This document shows, in pieces, positions 16,705 through 27,962 of a DNA stretch of 64,000 bases. Position 1 is the stretch's first letter, and each line of letters opens with the position of its first letter. Both the position numbers and the translations under genes were made by a program. This stretch comes from a virus: positions 1 to 64,000 of IMG/VR virus record IMGVR_UViG_3300032241_003073, one strand, 5' to 3'. Below the pieces are notes generated by a model. It saw only the letters and a program-made list of their open reading frames with translations. It was not told where the DNA came from and searched no databases.

Positions 16705-17763
16705 ATGAGTGATGAAGTTTTGCTTTTTTCCGATCTGCATTGTCATTGCCACAAAAGAAAAAACGAACGATTGGAAGATTGTTTAAAGGTTTTGAATTGG
16801 GTTTTTGACACAGCGGAAGATAAGGGCATAGAAAACATATTATTTGGTGGTGATTTTTATCATGATCGCCAAAAAATAGACGTTTATACATACCAAAAAG
16901 CTTTTGAAGTTTTAGAAAAAAGACTTAAATCAAATCGTTTTAAATTGTATCTTTTATTAGGAAATCACGATCTGTGGTACAATGAAAACACGTCTGTTAG
17001 CAGTACAATTCCTCTTTCATCCCTTCCTGGCATAAAAATTATATCCAAGCCAGAAAGAATTAATATTTCAGGTTGTAATTGGGACTTTATACCTTTTACT
17101 CATAATCCCATTGCTTCGTTGGAAGATTTGAATCAAAGTCCGGGAAATCCTGAATATGCTTTAGGTCACATTGCAATTGATGGTGCGATTTTGCATGGAT
17201 CTCAGCACTCTGAAGTTTCCGTCGAACATGATGGAGATATGATCAGCATAAGTCCAAGTATTTTTAGTCGTTACAAACATACTTTTCTTGGACATTACCA
17301 CGCTGCACAAAAAATTAATTCAAACGTTGAATATATTGGATCGCCTCTTCAGCTTTCTTTTGGAGAAATGTTTCAAGATAAGCACATTATTGTGTTTAAT
17401 GGATCAACAGGAAAAAAGGATTACATTTTAAATTCTTTTAGTCCTGTTCACTTGTACTTGGACGCAAATGATATAGATAAACACAATCTTGATGGCAATT
17501 TTGTTAAAATTAAAGTTGACGATATTGGATCAACAGACTTAGTTGCACTAAGAAAAAAAATAAATGATTCCAATAATCTTGCTAGTTTGGAAATTAAACA
17601 GCAAAAAAAACCAATCGAAGACCATTTAATTCAAGATGCCAAAGCTATTTTATATAATGGAAGTTTAATGTTTTCAAAATATGTGGATGAAGTTGGATGT
17701 AATGGATTAGATCGTGATAAACTTCTTCAATTTGGACAAAAGATATGTCAAAAAACCAATTAA
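16705..17763 (+). CDS. Mre11/SbcD-like nuclease (T4 gp47-like)
   Basis: SDLH, GGDFYH, GNHD, GHYH, YIGSP metallophosphoesterase motifs. Confidence 0.92.
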   Translation: MSDEVLLFSDLHCHCHKRKNERLEDCLKVLNWVFDTAEDKGIENILFGGDFYHDRQKIDVYTYQKAFEVLEKRLKSNRFKLYLLLGNHDLWYNENTSVSSTIPLSSLPGIKIISKPERINISGCNWDFIPFTHNPIASLEDLNQSPGNPEYALGHIAIDGAILHGSQHSEVSVEHDGDMISISPSIFSRYKHTFLGHYHAAQKINSNVEYIGSPLQLSFGEMFQDKHIIVFNGSTGKKDYILNSFSPVHLYLDANDIDKHNLDGNFVKIKVDDIGSTDLVALRKKINDSNNLASLEIKQQKKPIEDHLIQDAKAILYNGSLMFSKYVDEVGCNGLDRDKLLQFGQKICQKTN

Positions 17764-18401
17764 ATTATGTTATTACAGGATTTGATTCTAGCTACTATTG
17801 GAACTGGGGGGTGTCTTGGCTCACATCCCTAAGTTCCAAACACGACCCCAGCCACACGATTGTTATAGATTGTAATTTAAATTATAATATAAAAAAAAAG
17901 ATATCAGATATGGGAGTTAAATTAATCCCATGTGAATATCAATATGATGACATTAAATCTTCTATTTTATTTACAATTATAAATTTTAGTAAAAAAACGT
18001 CTGGAATATTTGCGTATTGGGACGCAGACGTTTTTTTTCAAGATGATATATCAGATATTTTTGAATTGTCAAAAAATGGTTTAATCGTTTCAAAAAATAA
18101 TAATTCAGGGTTTATTTCTGGACCAAGTTCCGAATGGAGTGAATTATTAGACATTCAAAATATAATCAACTTTGCTGGAGATAAAAACAATTTGTGTGAT
18201 TGTTTAATTGAGCATTTTGGCCAATTAATATCTAAAGTTGACAATACATGGAATTTTATAGAATTGCCCGAATTAAAAAATATTGATGGGAAATTATATT
18301 TTGAAAATAAATTACAAAAAGTGATTCATCCTTCTGGAGTGATTAAAGACTATTTGCTTGGAAGCAATATTGATTGTTGGGAAAAAGTTTGTTGTAAATA
18401 G
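17745..18401 (+). CDS. GT-A fold glycosyltransferase-like protein
   Basis: ITGFDSSY, YWDADV (DxD), NSGF, WNF, VIH motifs. Confidence 0.6.
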   Translation: MSKNQLNYVITGFDSSYYWNWGVSWLTSLSSKHDPSHTIVIDCNLNYNIKKKISDMGVKLIPCEYQYDDIKSSILFTIINFSKKTSGIFAYWDADVFFQDDISDIFELSKNGLIVSKNNNSGFISGPSSEWSELLDIQNIINFAGDKNNLCDCLIEHFGQLISKVDNTWNFIELPELKNIDGKLYFENKLQKVIHPSGVIKDYLLGSNIDCWEKVCCK

Positions 18402-18453
18402 AAAAATTTATGTTGAGATTGCATTTTTTTTAAATAACAATATTATTGTTTTT

Positions 18454-20496
18454 ATGAAAAACCTCAAATTCAAAATTATTTCTGCTCAGAATTTCATGCC
18501 TTTTGGTCCAGAAGGCATCCGTTTGGATTTTAGCCAATATCAGAACATTATTCTGATACGGGGAGAAAATCGAGATGCCAAGCAGATTGATCCGGCATTT
18601 AATTTTTCCGACGAATTTAAAATTAGCAGTAATGGATCTGGCAAAAGCTCCATTCAAGAGGTTGTTTCTTGGACTTTATTTGGGAGAACCATTAAACGTC
18701 CTGAAAAAGTTAAAGCAAAAAGTGTGGTTCACTTCAAGGTTGGAAAAGATTGTAAAACTGAAGTCTTATTTGATGATTATCGAGTTGTAAGAACTCGATC
18801 AGAAGGTGGAAATGACAATAAAAACTCTTTGAGGCTTTGGAAAAGCGATCAAGGAATTTGGGATAAAAGTACCGAATTAACTCAAGGTACTATGGCGATG
18901 ACCCAAAAAGAAATTGAGAACATTATTGGATTATCATATGATTCTTTTGTAAATATTTGCGTATTTACAGACGATCAAAGAAATTGTTTTTTAGAATGTG
19001 AAAATAAACAAAAAAGAGAAATAGTAGAAAACCTTCTATCTTTGGGAGAATATCGAGAATGGAGTGAGAATGCAAAGAATTTAAAAAAGGAAGTTAAATC
19101 GAAAATTGATTTAAAATCAAAAGAATACAACATTCTTTTAAACAATAAGGATGACGCCAAACGCAGATTGGATCTTTCTCAAAAGAAAGATCAAGATTGG
19201 AAGTCTTCTAAAAAAAATGAAATAACTGTAATTGAAAAATCTATTGAGTCCAAAATAAAAGAACTCACATCGACAGATGCGGGATCTGCAATTATTGCTT
19301 ATCAAGAAGCACAGGCAAAAATTAAAGAAATTAATGAAAATTTACCAAATTTAGAAACAACAAAAGATTCTTTATTAAAAAACCTTCAGGCTGTTCAAAA
19401 TAAAGAGACAGAACAAAAAAATGAAGCCCAAGAACTTTTAAAACAATACAATGATTTTTCTAATCAGGCCAAAATTAAATTATCGGAAAGGAAGAAAAAG
19501 GAGTCCGAAATCCTTGACCTTCAGTCTAATAATCCAGGAACTAACTGTGAAAAATGTCGAGGATTGATTGAAAAGGAAAATATTGATTTATACGTTTCTA
19601 AATTAAAAGATGATATTGGGAAAATTAATTTAGAAATAAACTCTTTGATGGAATCTGCATCTGAAATTTCAAAAAGCATAGAAGATTTGAAGCAAAGGCA
19701 AGAAAAAGTCAAAAAGATGCTCTCTCAATTAAACACTAAGATTTCTGGTGTTGATATTGAAATACGCTCTCTAATGAGCCAATTAACAGCAGCAAGCAAA
19801 GTTCGTGAGCCTAAAGTTGAAAATTCTGAAGCTTTGCTAGAACAGCAAAAAAATGATCTAGAAAGCCAGCTTGAACAAAAAAAATTAGAATTAGCCGGTC
19901 GGTCTCCATTTCAAGATATCATTGACAATGATATTGTAGAAATGGACAAAGTGTCTGTTAATATTTCTGAAAAAGAAAAAGAAATTAAAGATTTAGAGGA
20001 AGATTTGCCATATTTTGATTATTGGATTGCCGGATTTGGGGAACATGGAATTCGTAAATGGGTTATTGAAGGTATTATTCCAGAACTTAACAATCGTATA
20101 AACTATTGGCTTCAATTTTTGATTGACAATAGAATTACTCTTAAATTCGACAATGAGTTAAATGAAAAAATTGAAAGAAATCCGGTTGATGGTGATCCAT
20201 ACGTTTATGATGTTATGTCTACAGGGCAAAGACGTAGACTTAATTTGGCTGTTAGTCAAGCTTTTGCACACATCATGACAATTAGCACAGGATCTATTCC
20301 ATCTATTGTATTTCTTGACGAAGTCAGCACGAATGTTGATCCTTTAGGTGTTCAGGGCATCTATAACATGATTTGTGAATTGGCAGAGGACAAACAAGTT
20401 TTTATTACAACACACGACCCAGATCTATTAAAAATGCTTCAGGGATCAAGCGTTATTAATTTAATGCATGAAGATGGATTTACAAAGTTAACCTAA
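18454..20496 (+). CDS. Rad50/SbcC-like ATPase (T4 gp46-like)
   Basis: NGSGKSS Walker A, coiled coil with CEKC zinc hook, MSTGQ signature, FLDE, TTH. Confidence 0.93.
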   Translation: MKNLKFKIISAQNFMPFGPEGIRLDFSQYQNIILIRGENRDAKQIDPAFNFSDEFKISSNGSGKSSIQEVVSWTLFGRTIKRPEKVKAKSVVHFKVGKDCKTEVLFDDYRVVRTRSEGGNDNKNSLRLWKSDQGIWDKSTELTQGTMAMTQKEIENIIGLSYDSFVNICVFTDDQRNCFLECENKQKREIVENLLSLGEYREWSENAKNLKKEVKSKIDLKSKEYNILLNNKDDAKRRLDLSQKKDQDWKSSKKNEITVIEKSIESKIKELTSTDAGSAIIAYQEAQAKIKEINENLPNLETTKDSLLKNLQAVQNKETEQKNEAQELLKQYNDFSNQAKIKLSERKKKESEILDLQSNNPGTNCEKCRGLIEKENIDLYVSKLKDDIGKINLEINSLMESASEISKSIEDLKQRQEKVKKMLSQLNTKISGVDIEIRSLMSQLTAASKVREPKVENSEALLEQQKNDLESQLEQKKLELAGRSPFQDIIDNDIVEMDKVSVNISEKEKEIKDLEEDLPYFDYWIAGFGEHGIRKWVIEGIIPELNNRINYWLQFLIDNRITLKFDNELNEKIERNPVDGDPYVYDVMSTGQRRRLNLAVSQAFAHIMTISTGSIPSIVFLDEVSTNVDPLGVQGIYNMICELAEDKQVFITTHDPDLLKMLQGSSVINLMHEDGFTKLT

Positions 20497-20573
20497 TTAT
20501 TATTTTTTTAAATAAAAATTTTTAAATTAGTAAACTATACCTACATGTCCATACACAAAGAATTGAGGTCAAC

Positions 20574-21548
20574 ATGAGCATTTTTGAAAAAAGAGTGGCG
20601 TTTAAACCATTTGAATATCCTGAAATTACTGCATACAAGGATGCAATCAATCATAGTTATTGGTTGGTTAGCGAATGGAATTTTTTAAGTGATATCCATG
20701 ATTTCCATATAAAGTTAGACGATGTTCAGAAGAATGCAATTAAAAATGCATTACTTGCTATTTCTCAAATTGAAATTAGTGTAAAGAAATTTTGGACAAA
20801 GTTAGGAGATAGATTTCCAAAAGCAGAATTTGAACAAGTTGGTGTAACTTTTGGCGAAAGCGAAGTTCGTCATGCTGATGCATATTCTCACTTGCTTCAA
20901 GTCTTGGGTCTAAATGACGACTTTGCCTTGCTTTTACAAAATCCGGTAATTCAAGGAAGAGTTGATTATTTGACTAAATATCTAAAAGGCGCATCAGACA
21001 ACAATAATGAAAATTACACTTTAACTCTTACTTTATTTTCAATTTTTATTGAAAATGTAAGTTTGTTTTCTCAATTTGTTGTTATAAAATCTTTCAATAA
21101 ACATATGAACATCTTAAAAGATGTTGATAATGTTGTGCAAGCGACTCAAAAAGAAGAAGCTATTCATGCATTATTGGGAGTTTATATTATCAAACAAATA
21201 CAAAAAGAATTTCCCGATTGGTTTAACGAAACTTTCTATAATAAACTTTATAGAGCTTGTAAAAAAGCTTATGATTCTGAATGTAATATCATTGATTGGA
21301 TTTTTGAAAAAGGAGAGCTTTCATTTTTACCAAAAGACGTTCTTAAAGAATATGTTAAATCACGTTTTAATGAAAGTTTGGAAATGATTGGTGGAAATAA
21401 AATTTTTGACATAGATCAAGACAAAGTATCTCAGTTAAAATGGTTTGAAACTGAAATTCACGCCGAATTGAATACTGATTTCTTTCATAAGAAACCAGTA
21501 ACTTACTCCAAAAAGATGCAATCAATTCAAGCAGAAGATTTATTCTAA
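20574..21548 (+). CDS. nrdB: ribonucleotide reductase class I beta subunit
   Basis: ESEVRHADAYS, ENVSLFSQF, EEAIH, DFF..KPVTY. Confidence 0.95.
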   Translation: MSIFEKRVAFKPFEYPEITAYKDAINHSYWLVSEWNFLSDIHDFHIKLDDVQKNAIKNALLAISQIEISVKKFWTKLGDRFPKAEFEQVGVTFGESEVRHADAYSHLLQVLGLNDDFALLLQNPVIQGRVDYLTKYLKGASDNNNENYTLTLTLFSIFIENVSLFSQFVVIKSFNKHMNILKDVDNVVQATQKEEAIHALLGVYIIKQIQKEFPDWFNETFYNKLYRACKKAYDSECNIIDWIFEKGELSFLPKDVLKEYVKSRFNESLEMIGGNKIFDIDQDKVSQLKWFETEIHAELNTDFFHKKPVTYSKKMQSIQAEDLF

Positions 21549-21564
21549 TTAAAGGGAAATACAC

Positions 21565-23211
21565 ATGAACAATTACAGATGGCTTACAGAACTTTCGCAA
21601 ATCTTTTTGGAACGTGATTACCTGCTTCCAGGTCAAACCGTTGATGAGCGTGTTGATATTATCTGCAATAGAGCAGAAGAAATTTTGCAAAAGCCAGGAT
21701 TTGCAAAAAAGTTTAAAGAAAATTTCCAAAAAGGGTGGTATTCATTTAGCACCCCTATTTGGTCCAATTTTGGAACAGAGCGAGGATTGCCAATTAGTTG
21801 TTTTGGCAGCTTTATAGAAGATTCTATGGAATCTATTGCATACACTTGGTCAGAAGTATGCATGATGACTAAGCATGGTGGAGGAACCAGTGGTTATTTC
21901 GGTAACTTACGTCATCGTGGAGCAGCAATCACAGATAACGGTGAAAGTTCCGGCTCTGTGAACTTCATGCAAGCTTTTGATAATTTGATTAATGTTGTAA
22001 GCCAGGGAAAAACTCGCAGAGGTAATTTTGCGGCTTATTTGCCAATCGACCATGCAGATATTGAAGAATTTTTAACTATTCGTCATGAAGGTGCAAAAAT
22101 TCAAGATTTGTCATTTGGCGTCTGTGTGCCAGATTACTGGATGCAAAGCATGATTGATGGCGATGTTGATAAACGTAAGGTGTGGGCAAAAGTAATCGCA
22201 TCTCGAACCAATACGGGATTTCCTTATATCTTTTTCACTGATAACGTCAACAATAACACCGTTGATGTTTATAAAGATAAAGGGATGAAAATTACACACT
22301 CCAACCTCTGCACAGAAATACTCGAACCTGACTCTGCTGATGAGTCCTTTGTTTGCGATCTTGCTTCTATGAACATTCTTTATTATGACGAATGGAAAGA
22401 TACAAACGCTGTAGAGCTTCTAACGTATCTTCTTGATGCTGTGATGACTGAATTTATTGAAAAAGCAAAAAAAATTAAATTTATGGAAAGAGCAGTACGA
22501 TTTGCAGAACGCCATCGTGCGGTAGGGATTGGATGGTTGGGTTATCATAGTTACTTACAGAGTAAGATGATTCCTTTTGAAAGCATGGATGCAAAGTACA
22601 TCAATACTGAAATAGCAAAAAACATCAAAGACGCAGCTTATAAAGCGTCTGCCAAATTGGCAGAAGAATATGGTGAACCTGAAGTTCTTAAAGGATATGG
22701 TAGACGAAATACAACATTGTGTGCTATTGCCCCCACAAAGTCATCGTCGTTTATTTTGGGACAGGCTTCTGAAGGTATAGAGCCAGCCAGAACCAACTAC
22801 TATATTAAGGATCTTCAAAAGGGTAAATTTACAATTAAAAATGCTCATCTTGAGGTTTTACTTAAAGAAAAAGGCAAAGATACTGATGAGGTATGGACGA
22901 GCATTTTGAAAAATGGTGGAAGTGTTCAACACTTAGATTTCTTGTCTGATCATGAAAAGAACGTGTTTAAAACTTTTGTTGAAATTTCTCCTAAAGAAAT
23001 TATCATACAGGCCGCTCAAAGACAGAAGTTTATTGACCAAGGACAGTCTTTGAATTTATTGATTGACCCAAAGACTCCGGCTAAAGATATTAACACTTTA
23101 TATATTGAAGCGTGGAAAATGGGCATTAAAACACTTTATTATCAAATTAGTGTTAATGCGGCTCAACAATTCACAAGAAATATTTTGACTTGTACTAATT
23201 GTGAATCTTAA
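21565..23211 (+). CDS. nrdA: ribonucleotide reductase class I alpha subunit
   Basis: PISCF, GGGTS, SNLCTEI, AIAPTKSSS, DQGQSLN, KTLYY, C-terminal CxxC. Confidence 0.96.
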   Translation: MNNYRWLTELSQIFLERDYLLPGQTVDERVDIICNRAEEILQKPGFAKKFKENFQKGWYSFSTPIWSNFGTERGLPISCFGSFIEDSMESIAYTWSEVCMMTKHGGGTSGYFGNLRHRGAAITDNGESSGSVNFMQAFDNLINVVSQGKTRRGNFAAYLPIDHADIEEFLTIRHEGAKIQDLSFGVCVPDYWMQSMIDGDVDKRKVWAKVIASRTNTGFPYIFFTDNVNNNTVDVYKDKGMKITHSNLCTEILEPDSADESFVCDLASMNILYYDEWKDTNAVELLTYLLDAVMTEFIEKAKKIKFMERAVRFAERHRAVGIGWLGYHSYLQSKMIPFESMDAKYINTEIAKNIKDAAYKASAKLAEEYGEPEVLKGYGRRNTTLCAIAPTKSSSFILGQASEGIEPARTNYYIKDLQKGKFTIKNAHLEVLLKEKGKDTDEVWTSILKNGGSVQHLDFLSDHEKNVFKTFVEISPKEIIIQAAQRQKFIDQGQSLNLLIDPKTPAKDINTLYIEAWKMGIKTLYYQISVNAAQQFTRNILTCTNCES

Positions 23212-23218
23212 TTTTCTT

Positions 23219-23254
23219 GGGTCGAATCCACTTAATTGAGGATTCGACCTTTTT
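23219..23254 (+). terminator. intrinsic terminator after nrdA
   Basis: GGTCGAATCC/GGATTCGACC stem plus T-run. Confidence 0.85.
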
Positions 23255-23267
23255 AAAGGTTTTTTGA

Positions 23268-23456
23268 ATGAGTAAACTATCAGGTCGTAGGTTTTCGATG
23301 TCGCAAGATTGTCGGCCTCTGCATGGATTGGGTCCAGATAAAAATTGGACGTTTACTGATATAAATGGACATGATCATTTTTATGAAGATGGTTATCCAA
23401 CTTTAAAAGAAGTTAAAAAAATTCATTATTTTGGAGATGATGAATCTTATGAATGA
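23268..23456 (+). CDS. small hypothetical protein (possibly truncated)
   Basis: AAGG RBS; 62 aa. Confidence 0.4.
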   Translation: MSKLSGRRFSMSQDCRPLHGLGPDKNWTFTDINGHDHFYEDGYPTLKEVKKIHYFGDDESYE

Positions 23457-23616
23457 TGCTGGTTGTCCTCAAGGTCGAGATGAAGAATTTTAGATTGAAG
23501 CACAAGAATGCTTCAAATTGCCAAACCATGATACTTTTGGTCATGGATTTGGTGCTGACGATCCTGACTTTCAGAAAATTTTAGAATATTATAAGAAATC
23601 TCATGATCATCTTTAA
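23449..23616 (+). pseudogene. DUF2934-like remnant with in-frame TAG
   Basis: MNDAGCPQGRDEEF*IEA resembles G-x-P-x-GRD-x-E-x-W-x-x-A; TAG at 23491 where Trp is expected. Confidence 0.4.
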
Positions 23617-23712
23617 TCTATGTGTTGAATTATTTGCCCAAATAAATTAGACTTTATTTGGGCAAATTACTACTTTATCAAAAACATCATTGCATTTTCT
23701 AAGAAAGAAAAA

Positions 23713-25371
23713 ATGGCTAAATATCTTGTTATTGCGGGTGGAGTTATTAGCGGTACAGGGAAAGGAATTTCTGCTGCTAGTATTGGGCTTTTGATGAAAC
23801 TCCGTGGCCATAAAATTACACTTGTAAAATTTGACCCTTATTTGAATGTAAACGCAGGTGTTCTTGCTCCACGAGAACACGGAGAATGTTTTGTTTGCAA
23901 TGATGGAAGTGAGGTAGATTTAGACTTAGGCAGCTACGAAAGAGTAGCTGGAATTGAAACTTCTGCTAAAAATATTTGTACTTCTGGGACACTTTATAAA
24001 CAACTTATTGAAGAGCAAGAAAAAGGTTCTTATTTAGGCCAAACAATCCAAGTCCAGCCACATATTACCAATTTAATTCAAGATAGATTGGAAGATTTAG
24101 GCAAAGAAAATGAAATCGTTATTGTAGAAATTGGAGGTTGTGTTGGCGATAGTGAAAGTTTTGCATTTTTTGAATCGGTCAGACAATTTAAACAAAAATA
24201 TAAAGATGATGTTTTGATTGCTATGGTTGCACCTATTCTTTGGGTGAATACAATTAAGGAATTTAAAACGAAACCGCTTCAAAATAGCGTAAAAGAACTT
24301 CAGCGACACGGACTTCAGCCGGATGTTATTTTTTGTAGAGTCGAAAAGCCAGTTCCAGAAAAAATTCTGGACAAGGTTGCAATGCTTACTAATGTCAAGC
24401 GTGAAGCAATTATAGAAGCTGTAGACGTACAAAGCATTTATCAGGTTCCTTTAGAGTTTTATAATCGTCATGTTGATGATCTTTTTACAGATTTGTTTCG
24501 TTTAAAGAGATCTTCTTGTCGAATTCAAAGGTATCGTGAAGTTGTTGAAAAGTATATTGCAAATGAATTGCCAGCCATCCAGATTGGAATATTTGGCAAA
24601 TATGATAATTGCGACGAAGCTTATGTTTCCTTGAAAGAATCTTTAATTCATGCTGGAATTGCAAATGATGTTAAAATAGAAATTAAATGGATTAAAGCAG
24701 AAGATATAGAAAAATATAAAGATCAAAGAGGGATGCACAAATATTTTGAAGGATTAAGTGGAATAATTGTTCCTGGTGGGTTCGATAACCGTGGAACTGA
24801 AGGAAAAATTAAAGCTATTCAGTATGTCAGAGAAAAGAAAATACCTTTTCTTGGAATTTGCTTAGGATTGCAGTGTTCTGTTGTAGAATTTGCAAGGAAT
24901 GTTTGTGGTCTCGATGGTGCCAACAGTTTGGAGTTTGATAAAGATACAAACTATCCAGTTGTACACTTTGTTCAGGGACAAGAGGGTCTTGATAAAAAAT
25001 CTGCAAATATGAGATTAGGATCATATAATTGTGAATTAAAAAAAGATAGTTTGGCGTTAGAGTTGTATGGTTCTAAATTAATTAGCGAAAGACATAGGCA
25101 TCGTTATGAGGTAAATTCAATTTTTGTAGACCAATATGAAAAGAAAGGTTTCAGGGTTACAGGAAGAAATCCTGAAACTGGTCTAATTGAAATTATGGAA
25201 TTGGATAGAAATATTCACCCTTATTTTATAGGAACACAAGCACATCCAGAGTTTAAATCTAGATTAATGCATGCTGCTCCTTTGTTTAAAGGTCTTATTT
25301 CTGCTGCTGTTAATTTTAGAAATAGTTTTTCTAAAGAAAAAGAACTATCAAATGCAATTATATCATCTTAA
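23713..25371 (+). CDS. pyrG: CTP synthase
   Basis: GGVISGTGKG, KFDPYLNV, KTKPLQ, PGGF, LGICLGLQ, ERHRHRYEVN, QAHPEFKS. Confidence 0.97.
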   Translation: MAKYLVIAGGVISGTGKGISAASIGLLMKLRGHKITLVKFDPYLNVNAGVLAPREHGECFVCNDGSEVDLDLGSYERVAGIETSAKNICTSGTLYKQLIEEQEKGSYLGQTIQVQPHITNLIQDRLEDLGKENEIVIVEIGGCVGDSESFAFFESVRQFKQKYKDDVLIAMVAPILWVNTIKEFKTKPLQNSVKELQRHGLQPDVIFCRVEKPVPEKILDKVAMLTNVKREAIIEAVDVQSIYQVPLEFYNRHVDDLFTDLFRLKRSSCRIQRYREVVEKYIANELPAIQIGIFGKYDNCDEAYVSLKESLIHAGIANDVKIEIKWIKAEDIEKYKDQRGMHKYFEGLSGIIVPGGFDNRGTEGKIKAIQYVREKKIPFLGICLGLQCSVVEFARNVCGLDGANSLEFDKDTNYPVVHFVQGQEGLDKKSANMRLGSYNCELKKDSLALELYGSKLISERHRHRYEVNSIFVDQYEKKGFRVTGRNPETGLIEIMELDRNIHPYFIGTQAHPEFKSRLMHAAPLFKGLISAAVNFRNSFSKEKELSNAIISS

Positions 25372-25386
25372 ACAATAGATAAAATT

Positions 25387-25917
25387 ATGAGATTCAAAGA
25401 ATTTATTTTAAATGAACAAAAGGCTTATCTTTCACAAAAAGTTGGAGATATATTAACTGCTGTACATGAATTACAAGATGATTCAAAAAATATGGGAACT
25501 AGAGATTTGATTCGATTCTCTGAAAGAATTGTTAATCAAATTAGACGAATTTTGCACAGCAATTGGCCTAGAGAAGAAAAAAAATATTTAAAAAGTCTTC
25601 AAAAAGTTGGAGTCGCTTTAATGAAAGCCATTGAAGATAAAGATGATCTTCCTGGCACGATTTCTGGTTCTGTATCAGTTCTTGAAAAATTAGTAGCTGA
25701 TTTGGGAATGCCAATCAATAAATTGGCAACTACTGATAAGCCGCCAGAAGAAGATGATAAGGGTGTTGATAAATCTGTTAAAGATCAATCTGTGCCTCCT
25801 CCTTCGCCTAAAAATATTGAAAATTCTGGACCGGCAACGCCTCCTACGGGTGGAACGGGACAAGATTTGACAACACCTCCATTGGGTGGAAGTAGTGGAC
25901 CTTTAGATGCTTTCTAA
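25387..25917 (+). CDS. hypothetical protein with capsid-targeting-like N-terminus
   Basis: MRFKEFILNE; Pro/Gly-rich C-terminal tail. Confidence 0.7.
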   Translation: MRFKEFILNEQKAYLSQKVGDILTAVHELQDDSKNMGTRDLIRFSERIVNQIRRILHSNWPREEKKYLKSLQKVGVALMKAIEDKDDLPGTISGSVSVLEKLVADLGMPINKLATTDKPPEEDDKGVDKSVKDQSVPPPSPKNIENSGPATPPTGGTGQDLTTPPLGGSSGPLDAF

Positions 25918-25933
25918 AAATAAGGTATAAACA

Positions 25934-27043
25934 ATGTGTGGTATTGCTGGTTATATTGGTCAATCTAATGATCTAAATATTACTTATAATCTTATAACAA
26001 AACTTTTTGAAAAAATTGAGATTAGAGGTATTGATGCTTCTGGTTATTGGGGAGCAGAGCCGGGGGCAAAAGGAAAGGTTTATTATCATAAAGAGCCAAT
26101 AAAGTCTAGTTTGTTTATAAAAAATTATTATTGGAAATCAGTCATGTTTAATGCCAATTTAAATATACTGTTGGTTCATTCTCGTGGTGCATCAAAAGGT
26201 GTTGGCGAACCATCAGAAAATTACAATAATCATCCTTTTACAAATTGTAACAAATCTATAGGATTGATTCATAATGGTCGAATAGATGATGTTGAATATA
26301 ATGCTTTTAAGCAAAAATATGAAATTAAAACTAAATGTGATTCTGAAATATTGCTAAGAATATTTGAATCTGGAGAAATGTATGATGAAGAAGATTTAAA
26401 TCATTTGAGGGATATTGATCATCCTCAAAGAATTGCAGGAATTAGTGATATTTTTAGTTTAATTAATGAAGGCCACATGGCCGTTGCTATTGGAGAAAGA
26501 GGATCTGGCAACAATAGAATGTTGTGGCTGTTTAGAAATTATCATCGTCCGCTATGGATTGTTGATTTGAGAGACATTTTAGGTCAGATTTTTTTTGTTT
26601 CTGAGCCTAGTATTTGGGAAAGTGCTATCAATGAATGTTATGATCTTAAAAGTATTTTTAAAAATCAAAGATTATATGAGTTGCCCACAGAAGAAATTTG
26701 GTATTTAAATGTCAATCAAGAAAATTTAATTCCAAATGTTGAAAGATATCAGGTTTTTAAAAATGATTTAAAACCTTGGGTTTTTGATGGAAAAAGAGTT
26801 TACTTAAAAGAAAAAGAATCAAATTTTGAAGTCATAAGCGGTCTTGATGATAATGATTTTTTAGATAATGATTATTATTTAGATGATTTTCATCAAGCTT
26901 GCGATGATATAATTGATTCGATTAATAATATTAGAAATGTTAATGAATTATCATTTCAAAATAATTTTATGTCTTATAATGAATTATATGAATTAACTGA
27001 AAATTTAGAAAAACAAAAAAATATTTTAGATAGGTTTTATTGA
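25934..27043 (+). CDS. class II (Ntn) glutamine amidotransferase
   Basis: MCGIAG, RGIDASG, HSRGAS, NNHPF, HNG, CDSE. Confidence 0.9.
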   Translation: MCGIAGYIGQSNDLNITYNLITKLFEKIEIRGIDASGYWGAEPGAKGKVYYHKEPIKSSLFIKNYYWKSVMFNANLNILLVHSRGASKGVGEPSENYNNHPFTNCNKSIGLIHNGRIDDVEYNAFKQKYEIKTKCDSEILLRIFESGEMYDEEDLNHLRDIDHPQRIAGISDIFSLINEGHMAVAIGERGSGNNRMLWLFRNYHRPLWIVDLRDILGQIFFVSEPSIWESAINECYDLKSIFKNQRLYELPTEEIWYLNVNQENLIPNVERYQVFKNDLKPWVFDGKRVYLKEKESNFEVISGLDDNDFLDNDYYLDDFHQACDDIIDSINNIRNVNELSFQNNFMSYNELYELTENLEKQKNILDRFY

Positions 27044-27063
27044 ATTTAAATATATAATTATGT

Positions 27064-27606
27064 ATGATTAATGAATTTGAAGATTCCGAAGACTTTATTT
27101 TGGAGCCATTAAAGCCTAAAAGAAAAGATAAAGTAAACGGCAAAAGAAAAGGTAATAGAGTAGAACTTGATCTAACTAAAGTTTTAAATAAAAGATTTGG
27201 TCAAGGGTTTAGCAGATCTGTAGGATCTGGAAATCGTTGGTCTCAAGTTAAAAATTTATCAGAAGAAGCAACTCAGATTTATAGCGGCGATTTAGTAACA
27301 CCAAAAAATTTTAAATTTGTTATTGAAAGCAAAGGTGGTTATGACGCTATAGATATGAGTTCTATTTTTATATGTGGCAATAGTGAAATCGACAAATTTT
27401 TAGAACAAGTAACAAAAGATAGTAAAAGATGTGGTAAAAAACCCATGCTTTGTTGGAAAAAGAATCACAAACCATGGCTTGTTTTTATTCACACACAAGA
27501 TTTAGTTGGTGATTTTAAATATAAAATGCAATATGGAAAATGGTCGATTGTTGCATTAGATCATTTTCTTAAATTAAATGATGATTTCTTTTTAGATAAT
27601 ATGTGA
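27064..27606 (+). CDS. Holliday junction resolvase, PD-(D/E)xK type
   Basis: KRKGNRVE, SGDL, VIESK. Confidence 0.8.
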   Translation: MINEFEDSEDFILEPLKPKRKDKVNGKRKGNRVELDLTKVLNKRFGQGFSRSVGSGNRWSQVKNLSEEATQIYSGDLVTPKNFKFVIESKGGYDAIDMSSIFICGNSEIDKFLEQVTKDSKRCGKKPMLCWKKNHKPWLVFIHTQDLVGDFKYKMQYGKWSIVALDHFLKLNDDFFLDNM

Positions 27607-27962
27607 TCAATCTCGAAATCATTCTGTAATCAACCACAATAGTTAAGATCACAACATTACCGAGTTGGTATTCCACGATTTGGATTTCCAATGTGATCCA
27701 TGTTTTTTGTATTTTTTCATTGTAATGGTTTTATTGTGTGAATTATTGTCGGGAATGATTTTGTGTCCGCAACCAAGAATGTGAACTTCGACATGAACCC
27801 GAACTTAATAATTTTTCTCCATGGTTAAATCATATTTTCTAGACATCGCTTCAAAATTGTAAGATGTAATAAATGCTCTAGACCATGGATGTGAAATAAA
27901 AAAATTTTCAGACCATGAAATTGATTTAAGCCATGATTTTTCTGACTTCATGGATTTTTGCA

